Below are positions 1 to 8,519 of a DNA stretch of 64,000 nt, piece by piece. Location of the stretch: the NCBI GenBank assembly GCA_035531715.1, contig DATKSI010000010.1, forward strand, positions 73,615-137,614, in the 5' to 3' direction. This stretch comes from Candidatus Micrarchaeaceae archaeon (GTDB lineage Bacteria > Chloroflexota > Dormibacteria > Aeolococcales > Bog-877). Positions within the stretch are counted from its first letter, which is position 1; the number at the start of each line of letters is the position of its first letter. Below the pieces are notes generated by a model. The model did not search any database. It was given only the letters and a program-made list of their open reading frames with translations, and had not been told where the DNA came from. Both the position numbers and the translations under genes were made by a program.

Positions 1-70
1 ACCTTGAGTTGAACCCGAACCGAAGATTGATCTGGATCAAGCCCACGGACCATCCCGACGCAGGGAATGG

Positions 71-99
71 CCGCCGCCCTGATTAGCTGCGGCGGTTTT
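71..99 (+). terminator. Intrinsic-terminator-like hairpin CCGCCGC-N11-GCGGCGG followed by TTTT
   Basis: 7-bp GC stem at 71-77 and 89-95, then T4 at 96-99. The U-tract exists only in the + orientation, so it would end a + strand transcript entering from the left edge. Confidence 0.45.
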
Positions 100-123
100 C
101 CCGGGCGCCAGCCTCTCGAGTGG

Positions 124-402
124 TCAGGACCCACCTGACACCACGGCAGGGACCGCCCCCGCCGGGGCTGCCGCCGGCGCCAGTCCACTCGAGCCGCCGG
201 AGGTGGCGGGCGGGGCGGCCGCGCCGGTGGATGTGGCCACGGAGGAGGAGGTCGTCCTGCCCGGCAGGAGCTGTGAAACCAACCCGGCCGCGATCCCCGT
301 GGAGAGCATCACAGCAGCCGTCAGGGCGACGGTGAGCCGCCGGGTCAGGCCCTCACCGTGGCGCCGCGCTGCCGGAACCTGATTGAGGGGTCGGTTGTCC
401 AT
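124..402 (-). CDS. Hypothetical small membrane-anchored protein with an Ala/Pro/Ser-rich tail
   Basis: 92-aa ORF with one hydrophobic helix (LTVALTAAVMLSTGIAAGLV) followed by a low-complexity tail. No family recognised; it could be a spurious high-GC ORF. Confidence 0.3.
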   Translation of the reverse strand: MDNRPLNQVPAARRHGEGLTRRLTVALTAAVMLSTGIAAGLVSQLLPGRTTSSSVATSTGAAAPPATSGGSSGLAPAAAPAGAVPAVVSGGS

Positions 403-555
403 TGCCCGAGTGTGACGTGCTTGTCTCCACGGAGACTTGGGATTGCCTGGGAGTCAGCTTAGTAACGACCACCGGTCGGGTTCAAAAGTCGATTCCGGCC
501 CGGCAGCGATCACCTCCAAACCCAAGGGGCTAGGAGGGCACTACGTCAGAAACTG

Positions 556-1362
556 TCAGTTGCCGCCGATCAGCGGCCACCCGTTGGTGGCGGGCAGGAC
601 CAGCACCCCCAAAATAGTGCCCATCACCAGACTGCCCGCCACGGCAAACTGCCTGGCCCCGACCCCGGCGAGGCGATCTCGACCTCGGCTCAGCCAATCC
701 CGAGACCCCAGCCGGAGCCCGTCCAGCAGATGTCCCAGCACGTGCAACGCCATCAGGCCAAACCACAGAACGAAGGTCCCCTGGTGCAGGGTCAGCAGCG
801 ACGAACGCCAGGCAAGCGGGGCGAGCAGCAAAGCAATCCCGGTGCCGATCACCGCGACCGTCGAGATGACCACCAGCGGCCCGAGAAGGCGCATGAACAG
901 GAGAGGAGGACCCCGCCGGCGGTAGTCGGCCGCGCCCAGGTAAAAGCGAGCGAACCGCCAGAAGGTGGTGCCGATCTTGAGCAGGACCGGCGGCACCAGC
1001 AAAATACCCAAAAAGACGTGGGCCGCGAGCAGGGGCCGGATGGCGAGGATGGTGAATCCCTCCATCGCCAAAAGGACCAGCAGGACCAGGCCCAGCGTCC
1101 CGGTCAGTCGGGCGTTACCTTCGACCGAACCGTCCTGGAACACCTCGGGGTCGGCCCAATCGCGCTGCAGCATGGCGTCGTCAGGTCGCGGCCGCCTCAT
1201 CGACTCCGGCATGCGTCCCAAGGCTATTGTCTGGTCCTGTGAATTCCCTGAGCGTGGAGGTCCACCCCAGGACGGTCTCCTCCAGGTAACGCCCTGAGAT
1301 CCTCGGGGCGCCGTCCCCCAGCCGGCGGCCGCGATTTCTGATTGTGAGCTCTCCTCCACCAT
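556..1362 (-). CDS. Hypothetical integral membrane protein (about 4 TM helices, His-containing)
   Basis: 268-aa ORF with several clear hydrophobic helices (LGLVLLVLLAMEGFTILAI, VFLGILLVPPVLL, LLGPLVVISTVAVIGTGIALLL, FVLWFGLMALHVLGHLL). The true start is probably internal (e.g. MPESMRRP near 1212). Confidence 0.55.
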   Translation of the reverse strand: MVEESSQSEIAAAGWGTAPRGSQGVTWRRPSWGGPPRSGNSQDQTIALGRMPESMRRPRPDDAMLQRDWADPEVFQDGSVEGNARLTGTLGLVLLVLLAMEGFTILAIRPLLAAHVFLGILLVPPVLLKIGTTFWRFARFYLGAADYRRRGPPLLFMRLLGPLVVISTVAVIGTGIALLLAPLAWRSSLLTLHQGTFVLWFGLMALHVLGHLLDGLRLGSRDWLSRGRDRLAGVGARQFAVAGSLVMGTILGVLVLPATNGWPLIGGN

Positions 1363-1740
1363 CCTGGTTGACGACGCGGATTCACATCCGGGGCAGGGGG
1401 ACAGGACCTCGATTTCGGCCGAGCTGAAGGCGAGTCAACTCCGGACCAGTCCAACCACCGACACGGCATTCTGGCACGCGCCCACCAGTGAAACTGAGGC
1501 CGGCGCGGTCACGGGGACTTTGGCGGAAAGGATTCCAGGCTTTCATGATCGGAAAGTGGCGAACCCGGCCCACCGCGGAGCCAGATCAACGACCCGGCGA
1601 CATCCGCTGCCCACCTCGGTACCGTCGACCCACCGACCCTGCCACCCTTGCGGCAGGCGCAGGAAGCCGGACGAGCCATTCCGTAGTTGCCCACCTCGAG
1701 CACGAATCCGACTTCGCTGTCTACAACACTCGGTGAAGCA

Positions 1741-1782
1741 CGACGGGGAGACTCGAACTACCGACCAGCTGTTTACGAAGCA
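1741..1782 (-). pseudogene. Fragment of tRNA-Thr (3' half: acceptor 3' strand, T arm, anticodon stem)
   Basis: 38 of 42 nt identical (hand alignment) to 3798-3839 of the intact tRNA-Thr gene, in the same orientation. No D arm or proper anticodon stem can be folded upstream. Confidence 0.6.
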
Positions 1783-2239
1783 CCTCACCCCCACGCCGTG
1801 CGTTCTAGCTCCAGGGTGCAAGCGTAGAGGTCGAAGTTTTCGGGTATGAACGAGACGTCCCCCAGCGGGTCTCCCCGCCTGAAGTGCAGTAGGCAGCCGG
1901 GTGGGCTCCACCGACTCTGACCCGATGACCGGACCGGACGGCGCACGGCGTCCCGGGCGGATCTCGCCTTGCTCACTCTGAGCCAGGGGCCGGCGCAGTT
2001 CGTTCCTGCCGAAGGAGCCAAGGCACCCGCCGCGCGGACTGGTTGAGCAGTGGCGCTGGTGCGGGTGCAGTGAGCTTCAGAACTGACGCCCTCTGCGGCT
2101 GCGACGTCGAGCGGTAAAGGTCCAGACCAGCAACCGCAACCTGAACGAGGACCTCCACTGCGGCTGCTTGCACTGGCGTCGAAACGGCTCACCTGAGCAA
2201 CCACGCCCCAGCTCGGGCCGCCAGGTCCGGCAAAGGCGA

Positions 2240-2268
2240 GGATCCCCGGCCCGAGGGGCCGGGGATCC
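2240..2268. terminator. Strong GC hairpin GGATCCCCGGCC-N5-GGCCGGGGATCC
   Basis: Perfect 12-bp stem lying 27 nt beyond the stop of the minus-strand secreted-protein gene. On the + strand it is followed by the T-rich run tttgatgccgttcgttcttg, so it may act bidirectionally. Confidence 0.6.
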
Positions 2269-2294
2269 TTTGATGCCGTTCGTTCTTGAGTTAC

Positions 2295-3209
2295 TTAGTT
2301 TCCGCCATCGAGCTCCACGGCAGGGACAAACGCAATCGGTTCGAACGGAGCGCCCCCGCCTTGCTGCGTGTCCGTTCCGCAACCGGTCGCGCCAACGGCG
2401 GTGTTGTATTCCTGGAACGAGGTCCCGACCGCTGAGCAGGTGATCTGACCACTGGCGCCGCCGAGAGCGTTCGAAGTTGACCCGGCCGCCACAAACAGGT
2501 TGCCTGGATCTGTGTCCGAACCGACGGTGACCGCCCCCGAGGATGACTCGGTCGACAACAGAACGTTCAACGAGCTGGCGGGCCCAGACGTGGCGATGTA
2601 CGAGATGCCATAGACAACCGTGGCCGGCAGGTTCTGCCGGTCGTTGAAATTGAAGTTGGCGGCGTAGACGACACCGAAGTAGCAGCTGCCCGTCGCCGGG
2701 TTGAACCACTGCGTGCCGTCGTTCGAGAACCCCGGGAAGATCGAAGACGTGGTCGCAGCGCACGCCGTCGCATCAGCGGACGGACGGTAGGGCACATGGA
2801 AGGTCTTGGTCTGAGTGGCCAAGAGCGCCCCGACGCTGCCTCCGGTGGCCCCGGGTTGGTAGATGTTGAAGGTGATCGGCACTGAGAACGTTGCACCGGG
2901 TGTCGTCGAGCACGACGCTCCGCTCCCGGACTCGCACGCCTGCGAGTCCAGCATCACCGTGGCACCGCTAAGCCGTGACGGTGACGCCAGGTTGATCTTG
3001 GCTCCGAACTGGGTTGCATTCGTCCCGCCGAACGATAGGCTCCACCACTCGTTAGGCGGGTTGGTCGCCGAATATGGGCTCACCAAACTGCTGTAGAGCA
3101 CGGAGGAGGTCTGGTGAGTGTCAGCGGAAGATCCTGCGGCCGAAACCGCAGCGATGCTAATCCCCGACAGTGCCACCGCCAACAGGGTGATCGTCGACTT
3201 TCGCAGCAT
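2295..3209 (-). CDS. Secreted hypothetical protein (signal peptide, Ser/Thr/Gly/Ala-rich, several Cys)
   Basis: 304-aa ORF. The N-terminus MLRKSTITLLAVALSGISIAAVSAAGSSA looks like a Sec signal peptide with an AxA cleavage site. No family recognised. Confidence 0.7.
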   Translation of the reverse strand: MLRKSTITLLAVALSGISIAAVSAAGSSADTHQTSSVLYSSLVSPYSATNPPNEWWSLSFGGTNATQFGAKINLASPSRLSGATVMLDSQACESGSGASCSTTPGATFSVPITFNIYQPGATGGSVGALLATQTKTFHVPYRPSADATACAATTSSIFPGFSNDGTQWFNPATGSCYFGVVYAANFNFNDRQNLPATVVYGISYIATSGPASSLNVLLSTESSSGAVTVGSDTDPGNLFVAAGSTSNALGGASGQITCSAVGTSFQEYNTAVGATGCGTDTQQGGGAPFEPIAFVPAVELDGGN

Positions 3210-3791
3210 GAATCCCCTTTCTTATCGAGCGTGGTGTGGTGCGGACTTCTCCTTCGGAGCGCCGCGAGTCACTTTGCTGAAGGTCCAGAGGCATCACCCC
3301 CCAACACATGCCAACTCGCGCGGCTGCGCGGGCCGCTCGGCCCGATCCTCGACGCGGGATTCCCTAACCGGAACCTTCGACCGCCTTGCTCGCCCGGAGC
3401 ACCTGACCCGAACCACCCCCGCCGACGCGGAGTCCCAAGCTTCCGTGAGAATCCCCTCCCCGTCCGCCCCTGCGGCGAGCTACCGTCCGTGGCTCAGCGG
3501 TCCCCTAGCAGAACTGAAGCTCACGTTACAGCGGCGACGAATTGTCCCGTTGTAACAATCCAAGGGCGGCTCGGAGTGGGCGCGGCCCGCTGCTGATCAC
3601 CCGCGCCCAGCCCGATCCGATCTGGGGCGAGGTTTGGCCCCCGAGCCCAGATCCCACCGAACTCAACTACCGGGTTCGAATATTCCCGCCGCCTCGGCGG
3701 CTGTTTACCAACCAGATCGGCCCCCGCGCTTTGCTGGCACTTCGCGCTTCCGAGCAGCTGAATCACGGTTATCGGATCTAGTTTGTATGGC

Positions 3792-3866
3792 TGGAGCCGA
3801 CGGGGAGATTCGAACTCCCGACCAGCTGTTTACAAAACAGCTGCTCTACCACTGAGCTACGTCGGC
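3792..3866 (-). tRNA. tRNA-Thr (anticodon UGU), CCA encoded
   Basis: The reverse complement folds as a cloverleaf: GCCGACG TA GCTC AGTGGTA GAGC A GCTGT TTTGTAA ACAGC TGGTC GGGAG TTCGAAT CTCCC CGTCGGC T CCA. Confidence 0.93.
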
Positions 3867-3910
3867 GGAGCCGGGGCAGTTCGGCAGTATAGGCAACGCC
3901 GGGCCGGTGC

Positions 3911-4681
3911 CTAGTTGACCGGCGGACTCGCCAAATAGCTGAACTGGCGCTGCCGAGCCATCTCATACATGAGCAGGGCGCCGGCCACCGCGGCGTTGAG
4001 GGACTGAACTCGGCCGCCCATCGGGACCGACACCAGGTCGTCGCAGTGGCGACGGGTCAGGCTCCGGAGCCCCTCTCCTTCCGACCCCACCAATAGGGCC
4101 ACCGGGGTTCGGAGATCCACCTGGTCGCAGCGTCGATCTCCCGCCGCATCTAGCCCCACCACCTTGACCCCCAGATCACTCAGCTCGCGCAGGGTCTGGA
4201 CCAGGTTGACCACCCGCACCAGTTGGAGATGCTCGATGGCCCCGGCGCTGGCCTTGGCCGCGGCCGCCGAAAGGGGGGCGCTGCGATGCCGGGGCAGGAT
4301 CAGGGCGGTGACTCCCAGCACCTCCGCGGTGCGGGCCAGAGAACCCAGATTCTGGGGATCCTGAACTCCATCCAAACAGAGAAAGGCGGGGGGCCAGCTC
4401 GGATTCTGCGTCTCCAGAATCTGGCGCAGAATATCCCGGTTGGCCAACTGTCGGCCATCGAAGTAGGCGGCCACGCCTTGGTGGTGCTCGGTGTGGGCGA
4501 CATCGCTCAGCCGGCCTCTAGGCGTGATCTCCTCCAGCACCCCGGCCACCTCGGCGAGCTGGATGATCTCGCCTAAGCGCAGATCGGAGCTGAGACCGGG
4601 CGCGATTAGCAGCCGGCGAATCCGGCGTCCCGCCCGGAGGGCTTCCAAAACCGGGTTGCGCCCGTAGAGAATCTCGGGCAT
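3911..4681 (-). CDS. rlmB: SpoU/TrmH-family 23S rRNA 2'-O-methyltransferase (RlmB-like)
   Basis: 256 aa. N-terminal ILYGRNPVLEAL and SpoU motifs (QDPQNLGSLARTA, LLVGSEGEGL, VQSLNAAVAGALLMYE). Position after cysS matches Bacillus yacO. Confidence 0.85.
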   Translation of the reverse strand: MPEILYGRNPVLEALRAGRRIRRLLIAPGLSSDLRLGEIIQLAEVAGVLEEITPRGRLSDVAHTEHHQGVAAYFDGRQLANRDILRQILETQNPSWPPAFLCLDGVQDPQNLGSLARTAEVLGVTALILPRHRSAPLSAAAAKASAGAIEHLQLVRVVNLVQTLRELSDLGVKVVGLDAAGDRRCDQVDLRTPVALLVGSEGEGLRSLTRRHCDDLVSVPMGGRVQSLNAAVAGALLMYEMARQRQFSYLASPPVN

Positions 4682-6111
4682 CAGAGTCGATGCCAGCGAG
4701 TGCCTTCCTTGGTGTCCTCGACCACGATGCCGAGTTCCAGCAGCTGATCACGGATCCGGTCGGCTTTGGAGAAGTTGCCCTTGCGCCGAGCCTCTTCGCG
4801 ACGGTCAAGTGCCTGCTGCTCATCCTGATTCAACTGGGAGTCTTCGGTGACCGCCGCCCGCTCGATGACGCTCAGGCGACTGTCGGCACTGCGCAGCGTC
4901 GCGAGTGCCGCGCCGCAGCCGTCGCTTCCGACCCGACCCTCATCGAGCAGCCGGTTGCCCTCCCGGGCCAGGTCGTGGAGCGACCCGAGCGCCAGGGGCA
5001 GGTTCAGATCATCGTCCATGGCCGCCTCGAAACGATCTCCAGCTCGCTGAGCGGCCACGGTGAGCGGATCGCCCGACCCCGCCGTCTTCAGCTCGCCTCC
5101 CTGAGCGGCCGCACAGCGCCGCCAGAAGGTCGCCAGCCGGTCCAGCGATTCCGACGCTCCCACCAGGTCCTCCTCGCGGAAATGCAGGCGCTGCCGATAG
5201 TGAGTGTTGCCGAGCAGGTGATAGCGCACCGCCAACGGGCTGTGACCCCGGTCGATCAGCGCCGAAAGGGTCATGAAATTGCCCTGCGACTTGGCCATCT
5301 TGCCTCCCTCCACCAGGAGGTGCTCGACATGAAACCAGAGCCGGACGAAGCTCTTGCCCGTGGCCGCCTCGGACTGGGCAATCTCGTTCTCGTGGTGGGG
5401 GAATTTGTTGTCAACCCCACCGCAGTGGATGTCGATCGACTCCCCGAGCAGGGCCATCGCCATGGCCGAGCACTCCAGGTGCCAGCCGGGCCGTCCCCAG
5501 CCGAATGAGGATGGCCAGGCGGCCAGCTCTCCCTCCGACCCAGCTTTCCAGAGCGCGAAGTCCCCGACCGCCTCCTTGGCCTCGTACTCATCGGAGTCGA
5601 TCCGTCCGCTGGCGCCCGCACTCAACCCCTTCAGGTCCAGGTGGGTCAGTCGGCCGTAACTGGGAAAGGAGGCAATGCGAAAGTAGACGGAGCCCTCGCT
5701 GGGGTAGGCATGCCCGGTGGCGATCAGCCGCTCCACCAGGGCCCGCATCGAGTCCAGGTACTCGGTCGCCCGAGGGAACTGCTCCGCCCGTTGAATTCCG
5801 AGCGTGTCCAGATCCGCGAAGAAGGCTTCGATATAGGGGGTGGTGAATTGGGCGAGGGTCTGCCCCAAGGCGGTGGCCTTGGCGATGATCTTGTCGTCGA
5901 CGTCGGTGATGTTCATCACCTGCTCCACCTTGAGGTGGCGCGCCTCCAGATGGCGGCGGAGCAGATCCTCGGCCAGGTAGGTCCGAAAATTGCCGATGTG
6001 GGCGCGATCGTGAACGGTCGGTCCGCAGGTGTACATCTGGACCCGGCCGGGGTGCAGGGGATGCAACACTTCCACGGCCTGGGTCAGGCTGTTGTAGAGG
6101 CGAATTGGCAT
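4681..6111 (-). CDS. cysS: Cysteine--tRNA ligase
   Basis: 476 aa. HIGH-type motif (AHIGNFRTY), KMSKS-type motif (KMAKSQGN), and the typical CGPTVHD N-terminus. Confidence 0.95.
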   Translation of the reverse strand: MPIRLYNSLTQAVEVLHPLHPGRVQMYTCGPTVHDRAHIGNFRTYLAEDLLRRHLEARHLKVEQVMNITDVDDKIIAKATALGQTLAQFTTPYIEAFFADLDTLGIQRAEQFPRATEYLDSMRALVERLIATGHAYPSEGSVYFRIASFPSYGRLTHLDLKGLSAGASGRIDSDEYEAKEAVGDFALWKAGSEGELAAWPSSFGWGRPGWHLECSAMAMALLGESIDIHCGGVDNKFPHHENEIAQSEAATGKSFVRLWFHVEHLLVEGGKMAKSQGNFMTLSALIDRGHSPLAVRYHLLGNTHYRQRLHFREEDLVGASESLDRLATFWRRCAAAQGGELKTAGSGDPLTVAAQRAGDRFEAAMDDDLNLPLALGSLHDLAREGNRLLDEGRVGSDGCGAALATLRSADSRLSVIERAAVTEDSQLNQDEQQALDRREEARRKGNFSKADRIRDQLLELGIVVEDTKEGTRWHRL

Positions 6112-6123
6112 GCCCGGCTTATG

Positions 6124-6633
6124 TTATTCCCGGTCGGTCGGAGTTCCGATGCCCACCCGGGCGACCGCCAGCGCCGCCATTCCCTCACCGCGGCCGGTCA
6201 GCCCCAGGCCATCGGTCGACTTCAACTTGATCGAAACGCAGGCCAAATCCAGCCGCAGCGCCTCCCCCACGGCAGCCGCCATGGCCTGGCGGTAGGGGTG
6301 CAGTCGGGGCTCCTGGGCCACCACCGTTCCATCGAGCCCCCAGATCTCGATGCGCTGGGCGGCCAGCAGCTCGCCCACCTGTCTGAGCAAATCGATGGAG
6401 GAAGCGCCCCGCCAGCGCTCGTCGGTGGAGGGGAAATGCTCCCCGATGTCCCCCAGGCCCGAAGCTCCGAGGAGGGCATCGGCCAGGGCATGGCAGAGCA
6501 CGTCGCCGTCAGAGTGACCGAGGAGACCCTGCCGGTACTCGATCTCCACGCCGCCCAGATGGATCGGTCCCTGGCCCCCGAGCCGATGGACATCGACCCC
6601 CAGGCCAACTCCGGGAATAGGTCGTCCGCTCAC
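6124..6633 (-). CDS. ispF: 2-C-methyl-D-erythritol 2,4-cyclodiphosphate synthase
   Basis: GVDVHRL, LLGHSDGDVLCHALADALLGA and GDIGEHFP motifs. The track ORF extends to 6663, but a GTG at 6633 forms a GTGA overlap with the ispD stop. Confidence 0.9.
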   Translation of the reverse strand: MSGRPIPGVGLGVDVHRLGGQGPIHLGGVEIEYRQGLLGHSDGDVLCHALADALLGASGLGDIGEHFPSTDERWRGASSIDLLRQVGELLAAQRIEIWGLDGTVVAQEPRLHPYRQAMAAAVGEALRLDLACVSIKLKSTDGLGLTGRGEGMAALAVARVGIGTPTDRE

Positions 6634-7331
6634 GGGTGGGCGCCCACGCCAGCGCCGAGCCAAGAGCGGAGAGCCACCAGGTCCTCGGCGCCGGTGACCT
6701 TTAGATTGCGAGGATCGCCGAGCACAGCGGCTACCGGCTCGCCCAGCGCCCGCACCAAGGCGGCGTCGTCGTCAGCCTCCCGGCTGGTGGCTGAGGCCGC
6801 CTGATGAGCGCGTTGCAGCAGCTCCCGCCGAAAGGCCTGGGGGGTCTGAATCGCCACCAGCTCGGAGCGTGCCAGTACTTCTCTCAGGCGCCCCGACTGG
6901 ACCACGGCGGTACTGTCCGACACCGAAACACAGGCGGTCGCCGCCCCGACCTCCCGCGCCGCGCGGAGCACCCGGGCGCAGAGCTCGGGAGTCACCCCGG
7001 GTCGGGCTCCATCGTGAACCAGCACCATTTCTAGGGTGCACAGTCGCAGCCCCTGGGAAACCGAGTCCTGCCGGCGGGCACCCCCCGCGACGCAGCGGCA
7101 GCTGAGTCGGGGCGCAACCGCGGCGGCGATCACCTGGACCCGGTGGTGATCCCCGGCGTCGGCGACGACCACCAGTTCGTCGACCCCACTGGTGGGATCC
7201 CCCAGGGCCTGCAGCACCCAGGCCAGGACCGGCTGGCCGAGCAGATCGGCCCAGAGCTTGGGACCCCCGAACCGCGACCCCAGCCCGGCCGCCGCCACCA
7301 CGGCGGTGGTCCCCAGGGTTGATTCCGCCAA
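6630..7331 (-). CDS. ispD: 2-C-methyl-D-erythritol 4-phosphate cytidylyltransferase
   Basis: 233 aa. AAGLGSRFG P-loop-like motif and the conserved ispD-ispF order. Confidence 0.9.
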   Translation of the reverse strand: MAESTLGTTAVVAAAGLGSRFGGPKLWADLLGQPVLAWVLQALGDPTSGVDELVVVADAGDHHRVQVIAAAVAPRLSCRCVAGGARRQDSVSQGLRLCTLEMVLVHDGARPGVTPELCARVLRAAREVGAATACVSVSDSTAVVQSGRLREVLARSELVAIQTPQAFRRELLQRAHQAASATSREADDDAALVRALGEPVAAVLGDPRNLKVTGAEDLVALRSWLGAGVGAHP

Positions 7332-7333
7332 GC

Positions 7334-8413
7334 TCAGGACCGGGGCGTCGGAGCGGGTTTGGAGTGGGTTCCCACGACCGGGGGCGAACCGTGGTCCTCC
7401 TCCAGCCCGGGCGCCTGCACGAACACCATCCGCCCCGAGGCGGTCTGGATCACGCTTCGCACGGTCGTCGTCATCCTCTCCCCGACGTGGCTCCGCCCCC
7501 CCTCGACCACCAGCATGGTCCCGTCCGGCAGGTAGCCCACCCCCTGGTCAGCCTCCCTCCCCTCTTTGACCACGTCCACCTCCAACTTCTCTCCGGGTAC
7601 CAGAGCCGGGCGGAGTGCCGTCGCCAGCTGGTTGAGGTTCAAAACCGTCAGACCCTCAATCTGGGCCACCCGGTCGAGGTTAAAATCTACCGTCAGGATC
7701 GCCGCTCGCTGCTCGCGAGCCAACCGTACCAAGCGCGAATCGACCTCGGGCATGGACGGGTAATCGACGTCGGGGAAGCCGAGGTCCAGCCCGGGCAGCG
7801 AGCGCAGCTCCTCCAGCATCGCGAGACCCCGGCGCCCGCGGGCCCGGCGGATCGGGTCAGCCGAGTCGGCTACCGACTGCAGTTCGGCCAGGACGAATTG
7901 GGGGATCAGCAGTTCGTAGAGGCAGAACCCGGCCCGAGCGAGGTCCAGGAGGCGGCCGTCGATGACCGCACTGGTGTCGACCACCACCCGGGCCAGCGCG
8001 GGGGCCGAGACCCCCAGGGGAAGCCCGAGGTGCGACAGCTCGCGTCTCCGCCGGCGCCCCACCGAGATCCCCAGCGGCACCAGGATGGCGGCCACCCCAA
8101 CCGCCGCCAGCCAACCCAGTCCTCCCGGAAGCCCAGCCGCGATCAGGGACACCAGGGCGGCGATCACCAGCGCCACGACCACCCCGCCCAGCGCCCCGAT
8201 CAGCTCGGGGAGCGGAATGTTGGCTAACTCCTCCTCGGCCCGCGCATAAGGGCGGACGCTGAGCGCCGGGCCCAGCAGGTACCCCAGCCCACACCCCAAG
8301 AAGAGCCCCACCACCAGTGCCAGAGATTTGAGCTCCCAGCCGGTAAAGGACGCCTTGAAGGTGGTGATTATTACCGTCGCGTAAAGAGTGCCCAGGACCG
8401 CGCCCACGGACAT
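7334..8413 (-). CDS. yacL: PIN/TRAM-domain membrane protein (YacL-like)
   Basis: N-terminal TM helices, a PIN-like segment (VVDTSAVIDGRLLDL, LLIPQFVLAELQ), and a C-terminal TRAM-like segment (GVGYLPDGTMLVVEGG). The track ORF runs to 8605 and would overlap clpC by 86 nt, so I chose the ATG at 8413. Start uncertain. Confidence 0.75.
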   Translation of the reverse strand: MSVGAVLGTLYATVIITTFKASFTGWELKSLALVVGLFLGCGLGYLLGPALSVRPYARAEEELANIPLPELIGALGGVVVALVIAALVSLIAAGLPGGLGWLAAVGVAAILVPLGISVGRRRRRELSHLGLPLGVSAPALARVVVDTSAVIDGRLLDLARAGFCLYELLIPQFVLAELQSVADSADPIRRARGRRGLAMLEELRSLPGLDLGFPDVDYPSMPEVDSRLVRLAREQRAAILTVDFNLDRVAQIEGLTVLNLNQLATALRPALVPGEKLEVDVVKEGREADQGVGYLPDGTMLVVEGGRSHVGERMTTTVRSVIQTASGRMVFVQAPGLEEDHGSPPVVGTHSKPAPTPRS

Positions 8414-8519
8414 CCCGAGCAGGCTCGCGATGCGAACGGCGCGGAGCCGAGCGGGACGCTCCGCCGGAGTTTGACCCGCGCTGTCGGCGGCGGCTACGGT
8501 TCCGGGTACCTCCCCGGCC

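Noticed and set aside
1735-1800. Possible complete but D-armless tRNA: GCACGGC...CGTCGTGC can pair as an acceptor stem around the fragment.
   Set aside because: It would be only about 64 nt, with no D arm, a mismatched T stem and no foldable anticodon stem. A 3'-half remnant of tRNA-Thr explains it better.
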